Translations under genes and position numbers: made by a program | In this document: positions 11,101-19,578 of the stretch, piece by piece | How positions within the stretch are numbered: the first letter of the stretch is position 1 | How the letters are laid out: each line of letters starts with the position of its first letter | Assembly: GCA_030834125.1 (NCBI GenBank) | Contig: JAURFW010000002.1 | Location: 289-64,288 of the forward strand | Direction: 5' to 3' | DNA from: Bacteroidota bacterium | GTDB taxonomy: Bacteria; Bacteroidota; Bacteroidia; NS11-12g; UBA955 | Length of the DNA: 64,000 nucleotides | The notes under the pieces: generated by a model | The model's input: only the letters and a program-made list of their open reading frames with translations | What the model was told of the DNA's origin: nothing | Database searches by the model: none

Positions 11101-11542
11101 CGTTACCCAAACTTCAGAACGTATAAGTTTATATTCAGAACTCTCAAATATTGAAACAGAATTAGGATTAAGAGATTTTATCTCTGAATTAAAGGATAGA
11201 TTTGGGAATCCCCCACAACAGGTTTTGGCATTGGCCGATTCTATCCGTTTAAAATGGTTAGCCAAATCATTAGGGTTAGAAAAAGTGGCTTTACTTCAAT
11301 CTAAAATGCGTTGTTTCTTTCCTGGAGAACAAAATGCAGCAATATATCAGTCTGAAGCATTTCAGCATTTAATTCAATTGGTGGCAACTGAGCCCAAGAA
11401 GTACAATGCAAAACAAACAGATAAGGCTTTTATAATTGATGTTAGAGGAATAACGGATGTTTTTCAAGCATTGTATGAATTGGGAGAATGGAAATCTAAA
11501 ATGGGTAAGGCCGAAACTGTTTCTCAAGATGAGAGCATCTAA
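8168..11542 (+). CDS. mfd: Transcription-repair coupling factor
   Basis: RGGIIDLFS, CarD-like HIDHGIGKF, DRLVCGDVGFGKTEVA, DEEQKFGV, TATPIPRTL, QMRGRVGR, TRCF C-terminus. Confidence 0.98.
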   Translation: MNTRDIIQRLLDSGVSKDYLKSLNSKSALYLHGLCGASASLQVSLSFAANQRPILVCLSNKEEAQYFKSDLESWLTGQTIYFLPSSFLKAFSTSREHAMGVQERLETLSALRKNNQRIIVTYTEALAELVVDEEQLSSNTFEIFKGQNLDVDFLSEFLYDNGFEREDFVFEPGQFSIRGGIIDLFSFAHEEPFRMELDGDIIESIRSFDVNTQRSTKEMAQFSLVPKLSGGEGNRSTKKIPVFQYLNDDTLLFLTERTLQLENLAKAWEQNLQSYVNDKDLQTDSESLHPKATWMTPKEWMEGLESFKNVFFGGDRPAEKHDTINFQQEPQPIFKRHIEMLKAWMSENSQKGFETWVFSDNSKQIERLQVLLKDQELEQAFEPVYVGLSGGFVDFDHKIAFLTEHQLFDKYYKPKSRQRYTGTASLTLRELRHLQPGDYITHIDHGIGKFAGLEKMEVNGVAQEVLRIVYRDNDLLYVSVNSLHKISKYSGKDGTEPSLHKLGSGTWDKQKKNTKRKVKDIARELIKLYAQRKKEKGFAFQPDNYLQLELEASFFYEDTPDQAKAVDAVKADMENETPMDRLVCGDVGFGKTEVAMRAAFKSVCDSKQVAVLVPTTILAQQHYRTFKKRYSGFPVNIDYLNRFKSAKEQKEVIKKLKSGDIDVVIGTHRLIGKDIEFKDLGLLIIDEEQKFGVGAKEKLKQFRVNVDTLTLTATPIPRTLHFSLMGARDLSIINTPPPNRQPVHTELAVFNKSFIGEAVLHEINRGGQVFVVHNRIRDIHELARIIGEEVPEARVCVGHGQMEGSDLEDVMVKFIEGEFDVLVATSIIESGLDIPNANTIIINNAHMFGLSDLHQMRGRVGRSNTKAYCYLLSPPISTLPEDSRKRLRTLEEYSELGSGFQVAMRDLDIRGAGNLLGAEQSGFIADMGFDMYHKILDEALRELKQEEFTEVFEETAESIESRDCQIDTHYEILIPSDYVTQTSERISLYSELSNIETELGLRDFISELKDRFGNPPQQVLALADSIRLKWLAKSLGLEKVALLQSKMRCFFPGEQNAAIYQSEAFQHLIQLVATEPKKYNAKQTDKAFIIDVRGITDVFQALYELGEWKSKMGKAETVSQDESI

Positions 11543-12590
11543 AATCATCATATTATTATTAGCATTACAAACAATAATGGTCAAATCTCAATTACCAACT
11601 TATAACCCTGGATTAAGTTGGATGCCAGGAAAGGATACTGCATGGAATGGTAATCCCTTAAAAGATGGTAGATACGTAAATCACGAATTTCCAATGAATC
11701 ATTCATTTTCTTTGGTTTGGAAATGGAAAAAAAAGAAGAATCCGTACGATGCTGAAAAGAAAATAGATACGTTTCAACTACCTGTTAGTGATGATTGGTC
11801 TGATTTTTTAGATTCAACACAGGAAGGAATATTTTGGTTAGGACATGCGACTTTTCTCATTAGATTGGGTGGTAAAACCCTTATTACAGATCCTGTTTTT
11901 AATAAGGCTACAGTGGTAAAAAGGGAATCACCGTTTCCCATAGAAATAGAAAAGTTAAAGGGAATAGATTACATTTTAATTTCACATGATCACAGGGACC
12001 ATTTGGACAAAACCAGTTTAAGAAAACTAAAAAAGTTAAATCCGAATATTCAATATTTTACGGGATTGAGTATGGCTAAAATTTTGTCGGGATTCTTAAA
12101 GGGTGCAAAAGGCCAAACGGCGGGTTGGTATCAAAAGTATATTACAGAAGGGTTTGAATTATATTTCTTACCTACCAGACATTGGTGTAAACGATCTGTT
12201 GGAGATACAAATAAGCGTTTATGGGGCGCTTTTTTATTAAAAATAGGAGGTAAAACTATTTACTTCGGTGGTGATTCAGGATATGGTAGTCATTATGCTG
12301 ATTTGAAGAAATGGTTCCCTGAAATCAATTTAGCAGTTTTAGGTATTGGTGCTTATGAACCCGAATGGTTCATGGAGTCTAATCATACTTCACCAGCAAA
12401 AGCCTATCAAGCATTTAAGGATATGGAAGCAGATTATTTGGTTCCAATGCACTATGGAACATTCGATTTGAGCGATGAACCACTTGGGAAACCATTAAAG
12501 GTGATAAAAGGTATAAAAAATGAACAAGCCGAGACTGCAATAATACTGCCCCGGCTTGGTGATAATATCCTTAAAATGATGAAAGATTAG
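11529..12590 (+). CDS. Secreted MBL-fold metallohydrolase (NAPE-PLD/RomA-like)
   Basis: Likely start MRASKIIILLL (signal peptide); WLGHATF, SHDHRDHLD, YFGGDSGY, PMHYGTF. Confidence 0.88.
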   Translation: MRASKIIILLLALQTIMVKSQLPTYNPGLSWMPGKDTAWNGNPLKDGRYVNHEFPMNHSFSLVWKWKKKKNPYDAEKKIDTFQLPVSDDWSDFLDSTQEGIFWLGHATFLIRLGGKTLITDPVFNKATVVKRESPFPIEIEKLKGIDYILISHDHRDHLDKTSLRKLKKLNPNIQYFTGLSMAKILSGFLKGAKGQTAGWYQKYITEGFELYFLPTRHWCKRSVGDTNKRLWGAFLLKIGGKTIYFGGDSGYGSHYADLKKWFPEINLAVLGIGAYEPEWFMESNHTSPAKAYQAFKDMEADYLVPMHYGTFDLSDEPLGKPLKVIKGIKNEQAETAIILPRLGDNILKMMKD

Positions 12591-14407
12591 TTCTTCATTA
12601 TTTCCGTCATTCTATCAATTACGGATTGTGCGTTTTTCTTCTTAATAATAGGTTTTGATGTGTTGGTATTATTTTCAACTTTAGGCAGTGTAGCTTTGGT
12701 TTTCGTACTTGCCGCAACTTCTACTTCATCAGATTTTGCCTCCATCAAGGTTGAATCATTTGAGCTTTTTGAAAGGGTTTCAATTGCGATAGGCGCTTCA
12801 GATGTTTCTGATTCTAATATTTTTGAAGTTTTCTCAGTTGTTGCAGACATTGTTTCAGTTGCTTCTTCAACAGCAGGATCATCCTTTACTTTCTCTGCTT
12901 CAACTTCCTCTTTTATTTCTTCAGCGTCTTCAGTTTCAATACCTTCTTCTTCATAATTCATTGATTCTCCCAAAAATCCTAAAGGACAACCATTATTTGT
13001 GACAGAGCCAAATGTTCGGTAACAACTATCTCTCTTGTCAGGAACCATATCATTATCACGGTCCTTCCAAGTACCAATATTAATGTTTAATCCCAAAGCC
13101 CCAGATGCGGTAGATGCTTTTCCAAGATCCATTACCCCGAGTATATCATTTACACTTGCCCAGATTTGCAAGGGCCCAAGATTTAAACTCGTCCCTAAGC
13201 CAAGCCTTTGAACAGGAGTATTGAAGTCGTAATAGGTGTAATTAACACGCAAATCAACAAATTCACCTAATTCTTGGTGGAATGACGTGCTTACAAAACT
13301 TTTATCACCGGTTACCCCATAACCGTAACCTCCAACTAACTGAACATATGTTCTTGGTAATAGGAAGTACTCAAGGCCAAGTGTGTATCTGGGTTTAAAT
13401 GCTGTGGTGTAGGATTCTGCTTTGCTTGATTGTATGTCAAAAACAGACATTAAGGTATCAATAATTTGTAAATTCTGAATATCTTCAATCTGATTCGTAT
13501 CTAAACCAGTCCATTTCCAGGAAGAAGTGGGTAAACTAATTTCTTGTGCTCCCCAATCCCATGTCATACTTCCTAAGTTGCCTATAGATCCTGAAATTCT
13601 GATTTTTTCATTTAAACGATACACGGCACCTAGATTTACTTTATATCCTTTGTTGTACTTTAATGCATTTGAAAAATTATCTTGAATCAATTGATTCAAA
13701 TCTGCATTTGAATCGTTAAGGTAGTTTTCTATATCAATACCAAAAAGCGATGCTTGCCCTTTTAAAGAGCTTTGAATTTCCATTTGATAGATGCTCGCAA
13801 CGCCAGTATCAGTATTAATAATAATGTTCGCATCTTCTAGATTAACATTAGCAAAGCCATTAAGTAAAGAAAAACTAGCACCAACGCTTAAATTATGGCT
13901 TATAAAACGACCGTAAGAAATTGTATTCTGCAAATACGAACGGAATTGAGTACCGCTAAAATCTAATTCACAATCATCTTCAATAAATGCTGCATTCCCT
14001 AAGAATGCTAATCCCATTAAATCTTTAGGAATAAGGATTGCTCCTTCCGTTACCAAGGAAGAATTTAAAGCAACATAAGATTGAGCACTACGGTATCCTA
14101 AATGGAATATATCGGTTTGTTGCGTAACATCAAACCCCATTTGTTTATCCTTGTCTTTAATAATTCGGGTTGCAGTTTCTAATGGAGTCTCGTTTGCATC
14201 AAATAAAGAACTCAGCGTAATTCCGGATAGCGTAACTGCTTGATCTAGACGCGTTAGCCCAAGGGTAAATCGATACTGAGGTAAAAATGCTGGGTTTTCT
14301 AAATGTGATTGAGATAAATGCCTGTTGTTATAAGTAAAAGGGTTTTGTGCTAATAGAGAGGCGCTGAAACAACCCAAAACTGTAGATAATAATGCAATTT
14401 TTTTCAT
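12587..14407 (-). CDS. DUF5723-like outer-membrane beta-barrel protein with TSP3-like repeat and acidic tail
   Basis: Signal peptide, ENPAFLP motif, alternating beta-strand pattern ending GLNINIG, DRDNDMVPDKRDSC, E/T/S/K-rich tail. Confidence 0.7.
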   Translation of the reverse strand: MKKIALLSTVLGCFSASLLAQNPFTYNNRHLSQSHLENPAFLPQYRFTLGLTRLDQAVTLSGITLSSLFDANETPLETATRIIKDKDKQMGFDVTQQTDIFHLGYRSAQSYVALNSSLVTEGAILIPKDLMGLAFLGNAAFIEDDCELDFSGTQFRSYLQNTISYGRFISHNLSVGASFSLLNGFANVNLEDANIIINTDTGVASIYQMEIQSSLKGQASLFGIDIENYLNDSNADLNQLIQDNFSNALKYNKGYKVNLGAVYRLNEKIRISGSIGNLGSMTWDWGAQEISLPTSSWKWTGLDTNQIEDIQNLQIIDTLMSVFDIQSSKAESYTTAFKPRYTLGLEYFLLPRTYVQLVGGYGYGVTGDKSFVSTSFHQELGEFVDLRVNYTYYDFNTPVQRLGLGTSLNLGPLQIWASVNDILGVMDLGKASTASGALGLNINIGTWKDRDNDMVPDKRDSCYRTFGSVTNNGCPLGFLGESMNYEEEGIETEDAEEIKEEVEAEKVKDDPAVEEATETMSATTEKTSKILESETSEAPIAIETLSKSSNDSTLMEAKSDEVEVAASTKTKATLPKVENNTNTSKPIIKKKNAQSVIDRMTEIMKN

Positions 14408-14427
14408 GACTTTAATATTTGAGTTGT

Positions 14428-16506
14428 TTATTGTGCGTTTAATTTGAATTTAGCTTTTGCTCGGAAAGCAAGAATAACATCCAGTCGAGTATCTGTGTAT
14501 ATACTTACTGGCTGTGTACCGCTGTTGTACGTATCAAATTTTGTAGTAATTCCCAGTTGGTTGGCATTCCCATTTCTTAAATTTTTAAGAAAATCTTCAT
14601 TCATTAATACCTCGGATAAATAGGTTGATTTCTGTGTTACTCTACCATTTGCATCGCAAATACCCGATTGAAGCAGTGTAACATCCTTTAAAGAGTCTAT
14701 TACAACATAATTTTCATCCATAAACATCAAATCTATAGTTCCACCTAATGGAAATCCGTTTATAGTTTTGATACTTAATTCTAATAATTGGAATGCACTG
14801 TCGAGCAGAGTTTCTCCAATTTCAACCGTATCAGTAAAACTGAAGTTGTTTGCACTAAATGTAATGGGTATATCGGCGTCAAATCCTAAAACTATCCCAC
14901 TAGTATTTTCAACATGATTTTCATAAACCCCTATAAATCCATCTGGATTCATCGTTGCTGTAGCATTAATCTCGAATGAAGTAGCAGGCATACCCAGACA
15001 GTCTACAATATCAGAATTAGTTTTGTCTATGGTGAAAGTTGCACTTTTCTCAGTTCCTCGTTCAGCGATAGACGGATAAGGGAAATTCATATCCTGTACA
15101 TTCATAGGAAGCGTATTGTTTTCTTCATCTTTTGATGTAATATTAATTTCTACAAGTATTGGAATTCCAAATGAATTGGTAACATATATATGCATTCTAG
15201 GATTTTCCATGCGGATTCCATTCCCAAGTTGAGCCAATTGGCTAACATCCAGGTCTTCGATAGCAATATCGTATGTTTTTTGCCCCAGATATCCATCTAC
15301 ATAACTAAATTCCATTGTACTAGGAATAAATTCAATTTCAATTTTATCTGAAGAATCAAAGTCAACCATTCCACTAGAGGCTTGAACCTCGGTTACAATA
15401 TCTGCTCTGAAAACATTATATTCTTGAGTAGGGTCTGAACCTAAATTTATACTGGTATTACTTAGATCTATTTGACTTTGGGAATTTCCTATTGGTGCAC
15501 TAATGTTTTGAGGGCCCAGTGGACTTCCTCCTTGGGTGGCATCGGTAAGCGTAAGTTTTAAATTTACTGCTGTAGGTAGTGATGAATTGATTTTAACATC
15601 AATATTTGCCAAACCCAATTCAATATTTTTCAATCTTATATCACTATTAGGGGCGCTTACATCAAGACTCATATTATTTACTGCAAGTGTTTGCGACGGT
15701 AATTTTGCTCGCCCACCAATACATTTAAGCTGGCTAAATGCAACCTCAATTTGTATTACATCTTGGAGATTAATAGGAACTTCGTTGCTGCTTTTTGATA
15801 ATTCAATTGAAGGAATGCTATAGCTGAGTTCGTTACTCAATGTTTTTCCTGTAATGTTTATACTGTCTTTGGCCGTTGCACCTGGAGGCAGACTAGAAAT
15901 ATTTATGGTTCCCAATAACTGTTGAGTAGGGAGATTGTCATAGATGGATAGTGAGAAACTGCTCAATTCGGTGGGTAGCCCGTTTCTTACACTAAAAACA
16001 ATAAAGCCATTTGATATTTTTAAACTTTCATATTCCGTACTAGGGGTCAAATTTGTAATAGCAGATATTGAGCTAGAAACTGCTGGGAAAGTATCATTTG
16101 TACCATCAGAAAGTTGCAATGCCGCTTGTGTTGCCGGATCTGTATTTGCAGACATTTCTTGAAGTGAAACTTGAATAGACTGATTTTGTCCTGCAAAATC
16201 TAATTCACCAATTGAAAATGTTGTAGTGCTTGTGCCTAAAGAAACATCCTTTAAAATACTATCTGCGATTAAATTAAACACAGAGTCTTGCTTAAATGTA
16301 AGTCGGATTAAGCCATTTGGGTCGTACTTAATGATAGAGTCTTGCTTTAACAAATCACGGGCAACTACTTTTGCTTGGGCCAGTGGTGTAAGAATTTCAG
16401 GGTTAATGGTAATATCTTGATATTTGTTAAAGTCAACATCAGACTTTTTACAAGATACAAACCAAAAACTAAGCACTAAACTTACGCCTAATAGAATTTT
16501 TTTCAT
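14428..16506 (-). CDS. Large beta-rich lipoprotein, probable partner of the DUF5723-like barrel
   Basis: Lipobox FWFVSC; Ser/Thr/Ile-rich; NSFGIP and NGFPL repeats; co-directional with 12587..14407. Confidence 0.65.
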   Translation of the reverse strand: MKKILLGVSLVLSFWFVSCKKSDVDFNKYQDITINPEILTPLAQAKVVARDLLKQDSIIKYDPNGLIRLTFKQDSVFNLIADSILKDVSLGTSTTTFSIGELDFAGQNQSIQVSLQEMSANTDPATQAALQLSDGTNDTFPAVSSSISAITNLTPSTEYESLKISNGFIVFSVRNGLPTELSSFSLSIYDNLPTQQLLGTINISSLPPGATAKDSINITGKTLSNELSYSIPSIELSKSSNEVPINLQDVIQIEVAFSQLKCIGGRAKLPSQTLAVNNMSLDVSAPNSDIRLKNIELGLANIDVKINSSLPTAVNLKLTLTDATQGGSPLGPQNISAPIGNSQSQIDLSNTSINLGSDPTQEYNVFRADIVTEVQASSGMVDFDSSDKIEIEFIPSTMEFSYVDGYLGQKTYDIAIEDLDVSQLAQLGNGIRMENPRMHIYVTNSFGIPILVEINITSKDEENNTLPMNVQDMNFPYPSIAERGTEKSATFTIDKTNSDIVDCLGMPATSFEINATATMNPDGFIGVYENHVENTSGIVLGFDADIPITFSANNFSFTDTVEIGETLLDSAFQLLELSIKTINGFPLGGTIDLMFMDENYVVIDSLKDVTLLQSGICDANGRVTQKSTYLSEVLMNEDFLKNLRNGNANQLGITTKFDTYNSGTQPVSIYTDTRLDVILAFRAKAKFKLNAQ

Positions 16507-16531
16507 AGTTTGAAGTGATTTTAATGTATCA

Positions 16532-16539
16532 CAAAAATA
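16532..16539 (-). promoter_or_regulatory. Bacteroidota -7 promoter element
   Basis: Reverse complement TATTTTTG, 25 nt upstream of the lipoprotein start. Confidence 0.45.
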
Positions 16540-16632
16540 GTTATATTAACGGATTTTACTCGTATTTCAGGGTATCATTTTGTGACAATACTTATTTTGT
16601 AATTAAGTGTTTTCGGCATATTTTCGAAATTA

Positions 16633-17289
16633 ATGAGAATAAGTGCGGAACAACTAAAAGGTAAATTTCCAGACTTTGATAATGAGTTAATTAATGATAT
16701 TTCAGAGTTTGGTTTTGTTAAGGAAGTTGAAAGCGGAGATGCAATTTTAAAGACGGGGCAAAGTCTTACTTACGCAATCGTTGTAATTAGAGGCGCTGTG
16801 AAAATTTATAGAGAGGGTGATGAAGGAGGGGAGTTCTTACTTTATTATTTAGATCCTGGACAGGCATGTTCAATGAGCCTTTCATGTATGCGATTTCAAG
16901 AAGAAAGTCAAATTATGGGGGTGGCCGTGGAAGATTCAGAATTATTATTAATACCTATTGAAAAAGTAAGTGAGTGGATGAGAGTTCATCGGACTTGGCA
17001 GGAATATGTAATTAATTCATACAGGAATCGTTTTGAAGAAGTATTGACGGTTCTAGACAGTGTTGCATTCCGCAGTATGGATGAAAGGCTGGAGTTTTAC
17101 TTAAAACGAGAAGCAATCCATAACAAATCCAACAAATTACACTTATCACATCAGGCAATTGCTAATGATTTGAATACCTCTAGAGAAGTAGTTTCCAGAC
17201 TTCTAAAGAAAATGGAACAACGCGGCTGGTTAACTCTTAACCGAAATCAAATCGATCTATTGCAAACAGAATCTAACGAAGAAGCATAA
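16633..17289 (+). CDS. Crp/Fnr family transcriptional regulator
   Basis: cNMP-binding-like N-terminus (GAVKIYRE...LLYYL..GQACSMS); HTH SHQAIANDLNTSREVVSRLLKKME. Confidence 0.93.
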   Translation: MRISAEQLKGKFPDFDNELINDISEFGFVKEVESGDAILKTGQSLTYAIVVIRGAVKIYREGDEGGEFLLYYLDPGQACSMSLSCMRFQEESQIMGVAVEDSELLLIPIEKVSEWMRVHRTWQEYVINSYRNRFEEVLTVLDSVAFRSMDERLEFYLKREAIHNKSNKLHLSHQAIANDLNTSREVVSRLLKKMEQRGWLTLNRNQIDLLQTESNEEA

Positions 17290-19570
17290 TGCTGCCTTCA
17301 TATACTTGAATATCGTTCTCAGGGCTTTTGAATGTACTACAGTAAATATATTGACCTGCGGGGCAGAATTCATCGTTGAACTTCCCATCCCATTTCTTGT
17401 TTATATCTGTAGTAGTAAATACCAATTGTCCCCAACGATTATAAATACTTATTTTATAGTCTGTAATTCTTAAAGGTGTAACCAACCCGAAGTCATCATT
17501 TTTTCCTTCGGAGTTTGCAGGACTAAAGGCATTGGCAAACCAGTATAATGGAATAGATTTTACGGTAATATCTTTAAAGGTAGTGTCATCACAACCATAT
17601 TGTGTATTTGCAATTAAACGAACGCGATAAACATCATGAGTTGGAAATTGATGAGTAGGACTTTCTAAATTTGAAAAATAGGTATCACCAAAATCCCAAT
17701 CCCAAATTTCATCGTATTCAGACTGGTTAATAAACTTAACGTCTTCTAACATTCTAGGTTGTTGAGGACTGTAATCAAATTTAGCGATAGCTCGAGGGTA
17801 AACTTCAAGGTTGGTAAGCGATGTATCTTTACAACCATAACTGTTTTCAACAATAAATTGTATTGGGAAAGTTCCAAAATCAGTGAACGCCACTGTTTCT
17901 GTTAGATTTGAACTCCTTACTCCATTTCCAAAATCCCATTGGTAGGAAATTATTGTACCTCCACCAGCAGTTGCGCCATTGTCAAAAAATATGGGGGTAT
18001 ATTGACAATCATTTTTATAATCAACATAAGCATATGGTTTAGGTGCTATGTAGACGTTTCTGAGCATCGTATCCTTACAACCTTTGGAATTGTATACAAT
18101 TAATCTAATATCTGGTAAGCCTACAGCACCATAATAATAACTAGCAGTTTTACCCTGTACGCTCGTACCTCCCATGCCAAAGTCCCAATTCTCCGATGTT
18201 ATGAACCCCGCACCAGGCCAGCTTTTTGATTCTAACTTAACTGTAGCATTCTCGCAAGTGTCAAATATTAGATAGTTTGCTACAGGAGCCGCATTTACTA
18301 AAATTCTTTTTTCAGCTGAATCTAAACAACCTGCCTGAGATCTTATAGTAAACTTAACATCCATTGTTCCGTAAGTTTGATAAAAGTGTACTGGACTCTG
18401 CTTACTAGAATAGCTGTTATCTCCAAAATCCCAAAGCCATTGAATTATTTTGTCTGTAGTTTGATTTGATTGATCAGTAAAAATGATACTGTCTTTCTGG
18501 CAATCGCCTACTACAGTGAATTGTGCTTTTGGGAATGGGGTAGTATCTGATAAAGTCCAAATACCATCAAAGTTTTTTCTAGCTCTGTATGAAATTCTAT
18601 TATTCGATGGATCTAAATCACCGCGCAAAGGATATTCCCACTTTGATTGTGTCGCATCCCATCTGAGTAAACCAAGATGATTTTCATCAATATCATCATT
18701 TGATCCACTATGGTCTGTTGTAGAGTATTGTAAATCTATGCTTACATCAGGTTTCACTGAATAACCATTCTGTTCTAAGATCCAATATCTATTTATAAAA
18801 CGCTTCGAATTTTCACCCTCGCACTCGTTATCCGTATGGAAAACTCCTATTGGTAAAGGTCTATTGTTAGGCACAGGTTGATCAACAGTAGGATAGGTAG
18901 ATAGAGCAATAAATCCAGAGTCCGAGGTATTAGATCCGGGAGTATTAACTGTAACGAGTGATAATATTTGCTCGTTACTGGCGTTAAGGAACGGGAAAAC
19001 ATAAACAGGACCTCCATTCCCAGTTCGTAGATTCCACTGAATACGTCCATATCCAAGACTTGAATTACTTTCTGAAATAACACCACCGTTACTGGTATAG
19101 GTCAAAGCATTGGACTGTTCGTTATTAATTATTAAAGTTCTTCCCTGGAGTTTTAATTTTGTATCATTCAAACGTAATCTACCCAATCCACCTCCATTAT
19201 GTCCTCCACCTACAAGAGTTGGAACCATTAAAGCGATTGTTCCATTTCCGCTTAATGTTAAATCGGGAAATGATGTAGTAGTTTTACCCTTAATCTCACC
19301 ATTTGTATTTGTAATTTCAACCTTGCCATCATTTGTTGTAAATACACCAGTATTTGCATCATTGATCCAATTACCATCTAATTTAATGGTTGAGTTGGGT
19401 TGCATTTTTATTTTAGCGTCTTTTTTTGCGATGTAATTCCCATTATTACCTTTTATAATAATATGAGATCCAGGCTGGGTAACGATATACCCATCATGTT
19501 GAACTAATCCTTGAGCAACGATTTGTAAAGAGATTAGCGAAAAAATGCCAAATGCAAATGACCTTAACAT
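17273..19570 (-). CDS. PKD-repeat surface protein with gliding-motility-associated (T9SS type B) C-terminal domain
   Basis: Four WDFG PKD motifs; C-terminal NAFSP...GKNDDF...IYNRWGQLVF...WDGK...GSIMLLR. Confidence 0.9.
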   Translation of the reverse strand: MLRSFAFGIFSLISLQIVAQGLVQHDGYIVTQPGSHIIIKGNNGNYIAKKDAKIKMQPNSTIKLDGNWINDANTGVFTTNDGKVEITNTNGEIKGKTTTSFPDLTLSGNGTIALMVPTLVGGGHNGGGLGRLRLNDTKLKLQGRTLIINNEQSNALTYTSNGGVISESNSSLGYGRIQWNLRTGNGGPVYVFPFLNASNEQILSLVTVNTPGSNTSDSGFIALSTYPTVDQPVPNNRPLPIGVFHTDNECEGENSKRFINRYWILEQNGYSVKPDVSIDLQYSTTDHSGSNDDIDENHLGLLRWDATQSKWEYPLRGDLDPSNNRISYRARKNFDGIWTLSDTTPFPKAQFTVVGDCQKDSIIFTDQSNQTTDKIIQWLWDFGDNSYSSKQSPVHFYQTYGTMDVKFTIRSQAGCLDSAEKRILVNAAPVANYLIFDTCENATVKLESKSWPGAGFITSENWDFGMGGTSVQGKTASYYYGAVGLPDIRLIVYNSKGCKDTMLRNVYIAPKPYAYVDYKNDCQYTPIFFDNGATAGGGTIISYQWDFGNGVRSSNLTETVAFTDFGTFPIQFIVENSYGCKDTSLTNLEVYPRAIAKFDYSPQQPRMLEDVKFINQSEYDEIWDWDFGDTYFSNLESPTHQFPTHDVYRVRLIANTQYGCDDTTFKDITVKSIPLYWFANAFSPANSEGKNDDFGLVTPLRITDYKISIYNRWGQLVFTTTDINKKWDGKFNDEFCPAGQYIYCSTFKSPENDIQVYEGSIMLLR

Positions 19571-19578
19571 GGAATTAA

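Noticed and set aside
16516..16533. GTGAT-N8-ATCAC palindrome upstream of the Crp/Fnr gene as an operator
   Set aside because: Spacing fits neither CRP (TGTGA-N6-TCACA) nor FNR (TTGAT-N4-ATCAA); short arms in AT-rich DNA may be chance
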